A DNA stretch of 64,000 nucleotides from Octopus vulgaris (taxonomy: Eukaryota). The stretch spans positions 21,514,001 to 21,578,000 of the forward strand of contig OX597832.1 in NCBI GenBank assembly GCA_951406725.2. Reading direction: 5' to 3'. This document shows, piece by piece, positions 25,824 through 39,197 of this stretch (position 1 is its first letter; each line of letters starts with the position of its first letter). Under the pieces are notes generated by a model. The model had not been told where the DNA came from. It did not search any database and saw nothing but the letters and a program-made list of their open reading frames with translations. The translations under genes were made by a program, and so were the position numbers.

Positions 25824-26153
25824 AAGAAGAAGAAGAAGAAGAAGAAGAAGAAGAAGAAGAAGAAGAAAACAAGAACGGCCATGGTGGTGATGATCCTTAA
25901 AATCCTTTAAAATGTTTTAGCCCGAAGGCCGCGGCCACCGCTGATGATGATGATGATGACGATCACGATGAGGATGAAGAGTATGCTGAGGACGAACATG
26001 ATGGTACACATATTCATAATCATGTAGACCACATCATACATTATGACAAACTTAAAGAAAAACGCTCATAGACAGACAGACATACATACGGACAGACAGA
26101 CAGACAGATATACATACGGACAGACAGACAGACATACAGACAGACAGACAGAC

Positions 26154-26235
<82 letters not shown>

Positions 26236-26240
26236 GTAGG

Positions 26241-26386
<146 letters not shown>

Positions 26387-26387
26387 C

Positions 26388-27024
<637 letters not shown>

Positions 27025-27025
27025 T

Positions 27026-27233
27026 GTTTCTTTATTAGCCACACAGGACTGCTCACAGACGGGACAAATTACAAGGTAGAGCTTTTCTTTTGGCGGATAA
27101 AAAGGAGGGCTGGTTTTTGATCAAAAGGGATCGTAAATTGAAAGAAAGAGGAAAGCAAAAACCAAAAAAAGGGGTGAAGAATAGAAATAGAAGGAAAAAG
27201 AAAAAATCGATCAATAGGGATCGTTATCACAAA
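27026..27233 (-). mobile_element. Second L1/Tx1-like 3'UTR fragment embedded in (GATA)n
   Basis: Homologous to 26388-26520; (GATA)n on both sides. Confidence 0.75.
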
Positions 27234-27243
27234 TAGATAGATG

Positions 27244-27320
<77 letters not shown>

Positions 27321-27636
27321 ACAGACAGACAAGCAGTTGTGCACAATTGATGTGAAATAGAATATTTAAATAACCAAGTGTGAACAATTTTAAATCGTCA
27401 ATAACGGCGTTATCAATTACAGCACCATTCCCTTCATACCTCGCTGCCTACAATACAATGCATCCACAATGCGCCGCTATCATCACTACATTCAGAAGAT
27501 GAGGCCGAGAAAGTATTGAAAAGTAAATGGACTTAGCAATGTTATTGTATCATATTAAACATAAAGGACAAATGAGAAATATGAAGAAGCTTTAGTAAAA
27601 TCGATTAGACTCGAACACAGACATGTGTTCTGTATC

Positions 27637-27735
<99 letters not shown>

Positions 27736-27863
27736 CATATATACACATACATATATATATATATATACATACATACATATATATATATATATCTGTGTGT
27801 GTATATATACATATATATATACATACATATATATACATATATATATATACATACATACATACA

Positions 27864-27897
<34 letters not shown>

Positions 27898-28023
27898 CAT
27901 ATACATATATAGATATATAAGTATATATATTTGATTATATGTACTGGTGGGCATAGATATGTGCCTGTTTTAGCGTGTGCAGGAATGTACGAGAATGCCT
28001 AGATATTTGTGTGTTAATATATA

Positions 28024-28063
<40 letters not shown>

Positions 28064-28148
28064 TATAATGTTTGTGTGTAAATGTGTATGTATATGTATG
28101 AATATAAATATACATATATGTATATATATATATATATGTATATGTGTA

Positions 28149-28187
<39 letters not shown>

Positions 28188-28835
28188 GCATATATATATA
28201 TATATATATATATACACTAAACACGCCGTACAAAAGGCACACAGAATCTCTTCGTGATTAAAACGGTAGTGATGCACAGAAGACAGAAGTACATTGTAAA
28301 GCCGATTGGCAAAAATATTCAGTGTATAAAAGAGAAGACAAATAGAGACTAAATGAGGAGAAAGAGGGGAAGGAGAAGAGGAAGGAGAGGAAGAATTTAA
28401 AGGAAAGACAGAAAGAGATAAACGCATTGAGAACTAAACAGGCAGAAAGAGAATGAGAGAGAGAAAAAGAGAGAGATTGTGATGGAGAGAGAGGTTGGCG
28501 CGTATGGTGGAATTTATAAAGCAAGAATGTTCTTTTAGAATAATAATAATAATAATAATAATGAATAATAATAAAAATATAAATAAAAAAAGATGGAGAA
28601 GGGGAGGTTTTGAATAAAGTTATAGAATTAGGGTGAAAATATAGATTTTAGTGTGCAGAATGGGAGATACAATTGAAGGCAAAATGTAATGTGTAAAAGG
28701 ATTTATAGTGCGTGACAGAGAAGGGAAGAGACAGGAAAAAGGAGAGATGGATAGATTTATGTTTTCGGAGTGTCTATCAATGGTGTGTGTGTGTGTGTGA
28801 ATATGTGTGCGTGTGTGTGTGTGTGAGAGAGAGAG

Positions 28836-28917
<82 letters not shown>

Positions 28918-29001
28918 TCTCTACAATCTCTTTCTGAGTTTTCTGTGTTTCGCTTTTCTTTCTTTTTCATTCGGTTATTCATTCACTGGTATTGTTGTCT
29001 T

Positions 29002-29041
<40 letters not shown>

Positions 29042-29204
29042 AGACCACGTCATACATACATATAGAGACACACAGACACACACACACATATATATATATA
29101 TATACATACAATATATGTATATATGCACATACATACACGTATTTAACTGTATACGTGTGATGGTATATAGTTACATATGTATATACATAATATATATGTA
29201 TGTG

Positions 29205-29322
<118 letters not shown>

Positions 29323-29637
29323 CGCTTTTAACCAAAAGATTTCGTCAATTGACGTAATGCAATAGGTATGTACTATGAGTGCTTAGTTTGGTTTACCATT
29401 AAAAATCCGGCTTAAACTGCAACTGAAAAATATAGAACTGATATAGCCTGCCAATGCTGGCTAGAAGTGGTTCATCATTGAGCAGGTATATATACATCAA
29501 AACAAATAATGAACACAAAACATCTGGCATCAATTAATATTTTATCCAGAATTTATAATGTAAATATAGAAAAGAGTAATTTACAAAATACTTAATATGT
29601 AATTCTGTAATATGTAACTCTAAACAACCTGTCATAT

Positions 29638-30338
29638 GGTCGGGTCGTCGGCGACTAAACTGGCAACCCCCACCGAGCTTGGTTGGTGAGGCGGGTGATT
29701 GTTGTACGCCCTGCGGGATGAGAAATAAGACCCGTCAAAGGGCGGAGGACTTTATGAGCAGTGAACGGTCATTCATTCATGTGTACATATGTGTGTGCTG
29801 TTTGTGTGAGTGTGTGTGTATATATATATATATATGGTCGGGTCGTCGGCGACTAAACTGGCAACCCCACCAATCTTGCTTGGTGAGGAGGGTGTTTATT
29901 GGACACCCTGCGGGATGAAAAACAAACCCGTCAAAGGGCAGAGGAACTCTTAAGAGTCAACGGCCATCCAATAAATGTCTTAAGGCTGTATCATGCACGG
30001 GGACATAGAAATAATCAGACCCGATAATAATCAAACCCGATCGCGCGGTTAAACCATTGGGAGTGAAGGACTCCTAGCCTTTGTTAGGACATCCTTCTAG
30101 GAGAAGGTAACTCAGGTAACTGGGATAACTCCGACATAAAACCCGCGGCTCAGTGGTTACCGATGATATTGACTTGTTCTTCTTTTCGGATTATGGCTGC
30201 TGATGCTTAGTGAGTGGGATTGACTCAGTGCACAGCCTTTCCTCACTTAAAAAGAAATCTTCTTGCACAGGCATTGCACGATAACAACATTGATTAAGCT
30301 TCGTGCAATGGCCATACTCGATAACGAGGGGGCAGATA

Positions 30339-30340
<2 letters not shown>
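29638..30340 (+). mobile_element. Non-coding LINE 5'-leader-like element (RTE/R4-type) with duplicated 5' segment (29638-29776 and 29836-29972)
   Basis: Two copies begin GGTCGGGTCGTCGGCGACTAAACTGGCAACCCC. Downstream GGACATCCTTCTAGGAGAAGGTAACTC resembles the CTAGGAGAAGGAAAACTC motif I recall from RTE-type 5'UTRs. Confidence 0.55.
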
Positions 30341-30390
<50 letters not shown>

Positions 30391-30687
30391 GTTGTATATT
30401 TTTCGACGTATCCTATCTCCGATAAAGTTCCCTAGGATAGTCTCTGACGAAAGATAATAAACTTACCGGTTTTATCGGTTTCAGTGAATGACATATGCGT
30501 TGGAAGGCCTTGAAAGAGTATATTATAGCGTGAATGAACGATATATGAAAACAGATAGAGACTAGTCTGTATAGTAAGGGTGTGTTTGACATGGGGGTTA
30601 GGGTGATGCATACACCCACATAAACACAAACACATACAAACACACTTATACTCGTGCTCATGTACCAGTACATATACGCACACATGC

Positions 30688-30722
<35 letters not shown>

Positions 30723-30972
30723 TATGTATATATTCATGCGCGTGCGTGTGTCTTTGTGTCTCTGTTTATCCCCCACACACACCGTCGATTGACAAACGAT
30801 GTTGGTGTGTTTACGACCCGCAGTTTAGTGGTTCGGCAAAAGAGACCTATAGAGTTTGTACTAGTCTTAAAGAAATAAGTTTTGGGGGCGATTTCTTCGA
30901 CTAAAAAACCCTTTGAGATGGTGTTCCAGCACGGCGTAGTCAAATGGCTGAAACAAGTAAAAGAATAAAAGA

Positions 30973-31031
<59 letters not shown>

Positions 31032-31116
31032 GGAGAGAGAGAGAGAGGGAGATGTTTATGCACACATCATCTATGTTCTGTACATGTTATATAGTGTTCA
31101 ACGTCAGATATTTATC

Positions 31117-31163
<47 letters not shown>

Positions 31164-31972
31164 CACATATATGTATATGTGTATGTGCGTATATTCATAT
31201 ATATGTGAATATATATATGTATGTGTGTGTGTGTTTATGTATGTGTGAAGATATATATATATCCTGTCGTCAGCATCACCATTTCTATTTCTACTTTTGA
31301 TGTTACAATTTTATTGTTATTGTTATTATTGTTATGTAAATAACGTATTTATAATATATTTACAGCTCTATTATTTCCAAATTCTATATTACGTGTTTAT
31401 CTAACATATTTTTCTGTGTATGTCTCTGCTTATGTATGTATGCATGCATGTATGTACGTATTTATGCATGCCTGTATGTATGTGCGAAGGAATATGTGTA
31501 TTTGTGTTTGCATGAACATATATATCCGTGAATGTATATTTTAGCATGTGACTTTGGGTGGTAGAGATTAACTATACAAAACAGCGTAGCAGTCATATGT
31601 ATACATATTTAAATTTGTGTATATATGAAAAAAATGTCTATTTAAGCATAAGCTTCAGAGGATTAACAATTGTATAAGCACAAACGTTTTATCATTACAA
31701 AGTAAATTGCTCTGCACTTTGCGTTTTTTGAATTCAAGAGTGCATAATTGTAAAGACAATGAATGCTTCCAGAGAGATCTTAGAATTCTATCATTTTTGA
31801 TCGTTCTTTTAGTTCAGTGTTGTCCTTAAATAATTTAATGAAGATTGTTGCTGGAGTTTGCAACTTATTTTATTAAGGAAAGCTAAGCATAACTGAATTT
31901 GTAATAATATTGGTGATGATTATGACGATGACATGGACCACATGATGATTATGATCATGATCATGATGACGC

Positions 31973-32074
<102 letters not shown>

Positions 32075-32512
32075 CGACGACGACGATGATGATGATGACG
32101 ATGATGATGATGATGATCATAATGATGATGATGATGATGATCATGATGATGATAATGATGGTGGAGGAAGAGGAGGGGAGGAGGAGGAGGGGAGGAGGAG
32201 GAGGAGAAAAGAAGAAGAAGAAGAAGAAGAAAAAGAAGAAGAAGAAGAAGAAGAAGAAGAAGAAGAAGAAGAAGAAGAAAAAGAAGAAGAAGAAGGAGGA
32301 GGAGGAGAAGAAGAAGAAGAATGCATGAATAAACAGAAAATGAAAATGAATTTAAGAAGTTTCTGTCAGTATGCTATAGAGAGATTTAAAAACTTGTGTT
32401 TATGTCTGGCTGTCAATCGATCTGTCCATCGTTCTGTCTAGAGATGGAAACGATGATTTCCCTTCGCAAATACTGATCGAACACGGACAGTGTGTCGTTA
32501 GCTAGCTGGAGG

Positions 32513-32927
32513 GGACCTTTTCGGTTTGAACGGCAGTTTTTAATATAATTTCTAGGTAACTAAAAAATTTTAAACTTCGTATACTGGTAGAATGTGTTTA
32601 TAAAACATCTTTTTCTCTTGGCTTTATTGAGAAAATTCTATAGTTTGTAAGATATTTGTTGTTTTTTTCATCAATTTCTGCAATTTCAACCAATCAATGA
32701 CGTCCATTGAGGTAAAAAAAACATTCTCTGTTGTATGAATATGCCCCTCGTTTAAGAAACAGATTGGGTTTATTTACATTTGTGAAGAAAAAAGATACCC
32801 TTCCCCCCACCCCTAACCCTAACCCTAAAACATTAAAATGCAATAGATCGATACTAGGGTCATAATTGTGGGTGACAATTTCATATGACACCGGTAGAAA
32901 AAATTGCCGTTCAAACCGAAAAGATCC
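32513..32927. mobile_element. MITE with ~29-bp TIRs and 9-bp TSD (MULE- or Merlin-type)
   Basis: TIR GGA(C/T)CTTTTCGGTTTGAACGGCA(G/A)[17 protein letters not shown] (32504-32512) / AGCCGGAGG (32928-32936). The empty site with a single AGCTGGAGG is present in the paralogous repeat at ~34772. Confidence 0.92.
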
Positions 32928-33602
32928 AGCCGGAGGAGATGTCTTCCTGGGGCTATAAACAACATCAGTAGCATCGTCCCATATGGGTCAGCCACATTTA
33001 GGTGGCAAATATACTTCACGATGTCGGAGCTGCTACTGTTTACATACAGAAATTTATTATTGCTTGCCTCTCCTTTTTCAAGATCAGCGACGGTTTGTCA
33101 CTGGAAAATGCATATATTATTCTGCGTTTGGAATCAGTTCTCATCCCTAGCTGGTGATTGTCAATTTTTCTGTGTTTTTTGAAAGTGAGGCCGACTCGAT
33201 GCGAAGCCGCCATGTTGGGCAGGATGAAGAAAGCAGATGAAGACGTATGCAGAGGCTGCGGGAACGCGGGAAGCTAAGAATACACTCGGACTGAAGCAGG
33301 AATACATAAAATGGGATGTAAAGAAATTGAAGAAGTACAGCAGTATGGTGGACGCTAGAGAAACACTAGAGTAAGACTAGTTATGCTTGAAGAAGAGATG
33401 AAGAAAATTGAGAAGAAAACTGTAATTTTTCGAACTTTTTCGAACGAGAATAGAAGAGTGGAGAGAACTCCAGAGGAGGAAATAGAAAAACTAATCATGA
33501 GCAGCATCGAAGAGAAAATAATCTTCGTCGATAGAGGATAGGAATACGGGACAGTGGCAGCCATATTTGAAAATGAAGAAGATGCAGCGAAAAATTGTAA
33601 AC

Positions 33603-33766
33603 GTGGTAAGTAGCTTGCTCACCAACCACATGGTTCCGAGTTCAGTCCCAGAGCGTGGCACCTTGGGCAAGTGTCTTCTACTATAGCCTCGGGCCGACCA
33701 AAGCCTTGTGAGTGGATGTGGTAGACCGAAACTCAAAGAAGCCCGTCGTATATATGTATATATATA

Positions 33767-33824
<58 letters not shown>

Positions 33825-34036
33825 TGTGTCTGTGTTTGTCCCCTCAACATCGCTTGACAACCGATGCTGGTGTGTATACGTCTCCGTAACTTAGCGGTTC
33901 GGCAAAAAGAGACCGATAGAATAAGTACTAGGCTTACAAAGAATAAGTCCTGGGGTCGATTTAATCGACTAAAGGCGGTGCTTCAGCATGGCCACAGTCA
34001 CATGACTGAAACAAGTAAATGAGTAAAGAGTAAAGA
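33603..34036 (+). mobile_element. CORE-type tRNA SINE (OR2-like), near full length, nested in the 32438-34866 element
   Basis: Box B GAGTTCAGTCCC, core CACCTTGGGCAAGTGTCTTCTACTATAGCCTC, internal (TG)n, CR1-type tail. Confidence 0.9.
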
Positions 34037-34642
34037 GAGAATCGAATTACAATGAAGAGGGAACTAGAAGGAAATGGAAGATGAAGGAAACATCGAGGAA
34101 AACAGAAACATGGGGAAAAACATAACGAGATAGGATGAAAAAACAAGTAAGGATGATAGATTTGTGGAAAAATTACAACGAAAGGGAAAAAAACAGAACA
34201 TGAACATTGTAAATTATGTTAAACAAAAAGAAAATAATTGAAAAAGAACTGATGAATGGACAAGTAATTAAAAGTCGTAAAACAAAGATAAAAAGTTGAA
34301 TTTTCTGTTGTAAAAGGACACATTAAAGGAAAAAAATTAATGGAAAGGTCACAGTTTTGCATTGTAGCGAAACTAGAGGTAGTTTTAAGGTTAATTGTAA
34401 AGTCTAATTGTTAAGTTAATTGTAAAGTTTCATTGTATGTTTAATCGTAAAGTCTAATTGTAAAGTTTATTGTAGAGGTATTCAAGATTTATCTCGCAGC
34501 GGGAGCGAGGTGGCCGTCTCACCTGCATCATATTTACGCTCATTTCATTTATCATTTTTCATCCGCCTTTATGTACCCGCATGTCCGTTGTATGTCCCTT
34601 CTATATATCAGGCCTTGTGCCTATAATAAAGAGATAGCTTGG

Positions 34643-34697
34643 GATTGTCATACGCTGATGACGGATTGCTACTCAGAAACCCGGGTCCGTGTGTATC
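34643..34697 (+). ncRNA. Type I hammerhead ribozyme motif
   Basis: CATACG-CTGATGA-CGGATTGCTACTCA-GAAA-CCCGG-GTC-CGTGTG. 6-bp helix I extended by GAT/ATC past a bulge, palindromic helix III ACCCGGGT, GUC site at 34685-34687. Helix II is imperfect. Confidence 0.7.
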
Positions 34698-35111
34698 ACG
34701 TAAGGCTAGAGATGGAAACGATGGCTTTCCTTCGCAAATACTGATCGGACACACACAGTATGTCGTTAGCTAGCTGGAGGACATGCATTCCTGGGGTTAT
34801 AAACAACATCAGTAGCATCGTCTCTTATGGGTCAGCCACATTTAGGTGGCAAATATACTCAACGATAAATCTACTTTGCTTTTCGATAACTTAATGTAGA
34901 TTAAATAAAAAGAAATTTGGTGCTTGAATTGAATGCTAAGATGGCGCTAAATGATTCTAAATTACTCGGATGTATAATTTGGACGTTTACATAAAATTTC
35001 ACACCCAATAGGTGGCTTATACAGAAACGATAGGCTAATAGACACACGTGGTATGAAAAATCATAAGCTTGAATGATTTAGAAAATACTTCTTAAGTTAT
35101 TTGATGAAATA

Positions 35112-36539
35112 CGAGGGACGTTCAATAAGTAATGTCTCTGACCCACTTGCAGCAGTTTGATCTAGCTGTAATTTTGCATGTGCAACTATTTATATCCCTA
35201 TAGATTAAGTGGCAAATTACAGCTCTGAACTAATTGTGGTTTCTGATTTACATGTGTTTGAACTGAGTCAAGTGTGAAATGGAGCATGTTGAGTGTCGAG
35301 CAGTGATCCGGTTTTTGTATTTCAAAGGACACACAGCACGGAAATCTTTTTATGAAATGAAAGTAACTTATGGCGATGATGCCCGATCATATGACCTTGT
35401 AAAACGCTGGCATCGTGAATTCAAACATGGTCGGAACTCTGTGGAAACAGCTCCCAGATCTGGTCGCCACCCCCTTCCGCCATTGATGAGGCATCTGTCC
35501 GTCAAGTTGAGGCTGCCATTTTGGAAGATCGACGCATAACTATTCGCCAAATAGCCCATCAGGTCAAGATTAGTACCGGGTCTGTGGAAACTATCATTCA
35601 TGACTTTTTGCATATGCAAAAGGTGTCTGCCAGATGGATTCCCAAGTTGCTCACACCTTTCCAGAAGCAAGAATGCGTCGAGTGCTCGAGGATGAATTTC
35701 GAAATTTTTCAAAAGACTGATTACACAGGATGAAAACTGGGTCCATCACTATGATCCAGAGACCAAAGCCCAGTCAATGCAGTGGAAGCACCGTCACTCA
35801 CCTCCTCCAAAGAAGGCAAGGGTGCAGCCCTCTGCTGGTAAGGTCATGCTCACAGTCTTCTGGGACCAGGACGGAGTAGTGTTGACAGAATTCCTGGCAA
35901 AGGGTACCACAATTACAGGAGCCTATTATGCTTCACTTTTAAGGAAATTAAGAGAAGCTATCAAAATCAAGAGGCGGGGCAAGATCAGCAAAGGCATCCT
36001 CCTCCTGCAGGACAACGCTCCGGTCCACAACTCACGTGTCGCCAGATCAGAAGCACAGGCGTGCGGTTATGAACTCCTCCCCCATCAATAGTACAAATTG
36101 GTTATTTTATCTTTGAAATTGGTATTGCCATTAATCAAGCTTAGTTTTTTCCTTTATTAATTACTTTAGATTCTGATAATCATCAATTGATAAATCTAAA
36201 AAACATTTACTCTCACTTAAAGATAATACTACCACCTTAACACCTTCAACTCTCCTGACCTTGCTCCCTCTGATTTTCCCCTCTTCCCATCCATGAAGTT
36301 GTTTTTGAAAGAAAAGCGTTTCCCAGATGATGCAGCCTTGATTTCTAAAGACACGTCGTGGTTGGAGGACCAAGCTGGGATCTTCTACAAAAACGGTCTC
36401 CAGAGCTGCATCAAACGATGGGAGAAATGCGTAACTCTGGATGGTTCCTATGTAGAAAAAGACTAATAACTGTGCCAAATTTCGTTGCTCTACTGCCATG
36501 GGAAGTGGGTCAGGGGCATTACTTATTGAACGCCCCTAG
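35112..36539 (+). mobile_element. Full-length degenerate mariner transposon (irritans/Himar1-like) with TA TSD
   Basis: TIRs CGAGGGACGTTCAATAAGTAATG.C.CTGACCCACTT / AAGTGGGTCAGGGGCATTACTTATTGAACGCCCCTAG flanked by TA. Transposase motifs RAVIRFL, PRSGR, RWIPKLLT, QDENWVHHYDPE, QDNAPVH, SPDLAPSDF, with frameshifts and an insertion at ~36088-36242. Confidence 0.95.
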
Positions 36540-36589
36540 TAAGTTAGTGAATTTAAGTGGACACTAACATTAGATTTATCCGTGATTAG

Positions 36590-36810
36590 GTTTATCCGTG
36601 AACAGAAAAGCTTACGGAAAAGACCAAGGGAACCTTGGGCAATAGTGTCATGCAAAAAGAAAAACATTACAGTAAGTGGGTCTCTTTTTTCTTTCGTTTT
36701 TTTTCTTTTTTTGGTTCATAAGATTATGCTCAAACTGGCTCCCTCATTCACACGTGCCATCCTTAATACATTCACCCATCTTTTTTAAAACATTCACTAG
36801 ACAAAATTTC

Positions 36811-36812
<2 letters not shown>
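36590..36812 (-). mobile_element. Third L1/Tx1-like ORF2-end/3'UTR fragment
   Basis: GGTTCATA.GATTATG.TCAA..TGGCT.C.TCATTCA.ACGTGCCATCCTT..TACATTCACCCATC matches 26662-26760. Confidence 0.75.
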
Positions 36813-36851
<39 letters not shown>

Positions 36852-36852
<1 letters not shown>

Positions 36853-37235
36853 CACTCCGTCGGTTACGACGACGAGGGTTCCAGTTAATCTGATCAACGG
36901 AACAGCCTGGTTGCGAAATTAACGTGCAAGTGGCTGAGCACTCCACAAACACGTGTACCCTTAACGTTGTTCTCGGAGAAGATACAGCGTGACACAGAGT
37001 GTGACAGAGTGTGACAAGGCTGGCCCTTTCAAATACAGGTACAAGAGAAACAGGAAGAAAGAGTGAGAAAGTTGTGATGAAAGAGTACAGCAGGGTTGCC
37101 ACCAACCCCTGTCGGAGCCTCGTGGAGCTTTATGTGTTTTCGCTCAGTAAATACTCACAACACCCGGTGTGGAAATCGAAACTGCCATCCTACGACCACC
37201 AGTCCGCCACCCTAACCACTGGGCCCATTGCGCCA
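36852..37235 (-). mobile_element. OR1-like SINE with an alternative 3' module; the same module occurs alone at 25025-25143
   Basis: Head GGCGCAATGGGCCCAGTGGTTAGG; tail ...GGAACCCTCGTCGTCGTAACCGACGGAGTGC. Confidence 0.8.
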
Positions 37236-37255
37236 CACACACACATTCATATAAA

Positions 37256-37360
<105 letters not shown>

Positions 37361-37369
37361 ATATATATG

Positions 37370-37700
37370 AGACCCCTTCGGTCATGACTGACCATGGGAT
37401 TAAACCTAGAATGTTACCCTCCCAGGCACAAGTCCGGGCAAGGTTGTTTATGGAAGACCAGCAGTCACCCATGCATGACGGCCTCCCCTCTCCATGCCAT
37501 CAGTGTTATCCAAGGTAAAGGCAAAGGGGCCGATACAGCTTGGCACCTGTGACATCGCAACTCATTTCTACAGCTGAGTGCACTGGTGCCACATGAAATA
37601 AAGTGTCTTGCTCAAGAACACAACACCCAGCCCGGTCTGGGATTCGAGCTCACAACCTCACGATCGTAAGCTCGACGTCCTAACCACTGAGCCATGCGCC
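37370..37700 (-). mobile_element. tRNA-derived SINE, full length, distinct 3' module
   Basis: GGCGCATGGCTCAGTGGTTAGG box A, GAGCTCGAATCCC box B, TTGAGCAAGACACTTTATTTC core. Confidence 0.82.
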
Positions 37701-37705
37701 TTAAG

Positions 37706-37767
<62 letters not shown>

Positions 37768-38103
37768 GCATGTATGTTTTTGTATTTATGCAATTGTTGG
37801 TGTATGCATATGTGTACTTGTGCATGTATGTATATTTGTATGTATGAGTGTACATATGTATGTGAGAGAGACAGGGAGAAGGAAAGAAAGAGCGATAAGA
37901 ATATCTTACACTCTACTTTTTTATACACTCATGTAAACATTCGTCGAAATTTTGAATTTTATCGCATTGGAATAAGGTAAATCTAATATACGTGCGTGTG
38001 TGTATGTATGCGTGTGAGTGCGTGTGTGTGTGCATGTTTGTGCATATGTGTATATGTGTGTGCGCGTGTTAATATATTCGCATATAGATACACACACACA
38101 CAC

Positions 38104-38136
<33 letters not shown>

Positions 38137-38258
38137 CATATGACTGTGCATTCATATGGGTACGTCCGTTTCTTTGCATATGTAACTGCTGGTAGATCTA
38201 CTAATACATATGTATAAAATAATATATATATATCTACACCACACAAACACACACACAC

Positions 38259-38306
<48 letters not shown>

Positions 38307-38483
38307 CAAACAGTATTTAAACCTTGTAGTAATGTATATTTGAAAGTCATAAACACATATAAGCTGGCTCCTTTGCACTCACACACACTTATATAATTAC
38401 GTACGTGTATGTATGCATGTGTGTGTCTGTATGTGCAAAAAGTATATATGCGCATACAGATATATGAATAAATACATATATAT

Positions 38484-38547
<64 letters not shown>

Positions 38548-38806
38548 TTATACATATATACGTAGGTGTATATATATATATATATATATACATATTATAT
38601 AATACAATATAATGATATATATATATGTAGTGAGAGAGAGAGAGGGAGTGAGAAAGAGAGAGAAATAAACTTATAAATACATGTATGACGTATACACGCA
38701 GACACATACATAAACCATATAGAAAACATAAACGCACACACACACACACACATACACAAAGGCAAATATATATATTTACGTATAGACACACATACACACG
38801 CACACT

Positions 38807-38858
<52 letters not shown>

Positions 38859-39007
38859 CACCCATATATATAGAGAGAGAGAAATACACGAAACATCGCC
38901 TCATTGCATATGTCGAAACGTATCGTTGTTGTACCACCACTCCCATAACTACTACTACTACTACTACTACTACAACCACACAAGAAGTAGTAGTAGTAGT
39001 GATGGCG

Positions 39008-39062
<55 letters not shown>

Positions 39063-39115
39063 CGACGGTGGTGGTGGCGACGGTGGTGGTGGTGGCGGTG
39101 TTGGTGATCGTGTTG

Positions 39116-39150
<35 letters not shown>

Positions 39151-39154
39151 TGTT

Positions 39155-39197
<43 letters not shown>

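Larger units (their letters stand above)
32438..34866 (+). mobile_element. Terminally redundant non-autonomous retroelement (direct repeats 32438-33022 and 34706-34866) with ORF1 remnant, Tx1-type tail and hammerhead
   Basis: ~160-bp diverged direct repeats CTAGAGATGGAAACGATG...GGTGGCAAATATACT, with the left copy split by a MITE. Internal ORF1-like MLEEEMKKIEKKTVIFRT...EIEKLIMSSIEEKIIFVDRG*EYGTVAAIFENEEDA. Tail TCAGGCCTTGTGCCTATAATAAAGAG at 34608-34633. Confidence 0.75.

Noticed and set aside
30225-30320. Perfect ATTGCACGA/TCGTGCAAT stem with upstream TTCCTCAC, suggestive of an HDV-like ribozyme
   Set aside because: P2 and P3 pairings could not be built in the required order.
30444-30485. 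CTGACGA followed by a GATAA/TTATC hairpin
   Set aside because: No GAAA or cleavage triplet after the hairpin.
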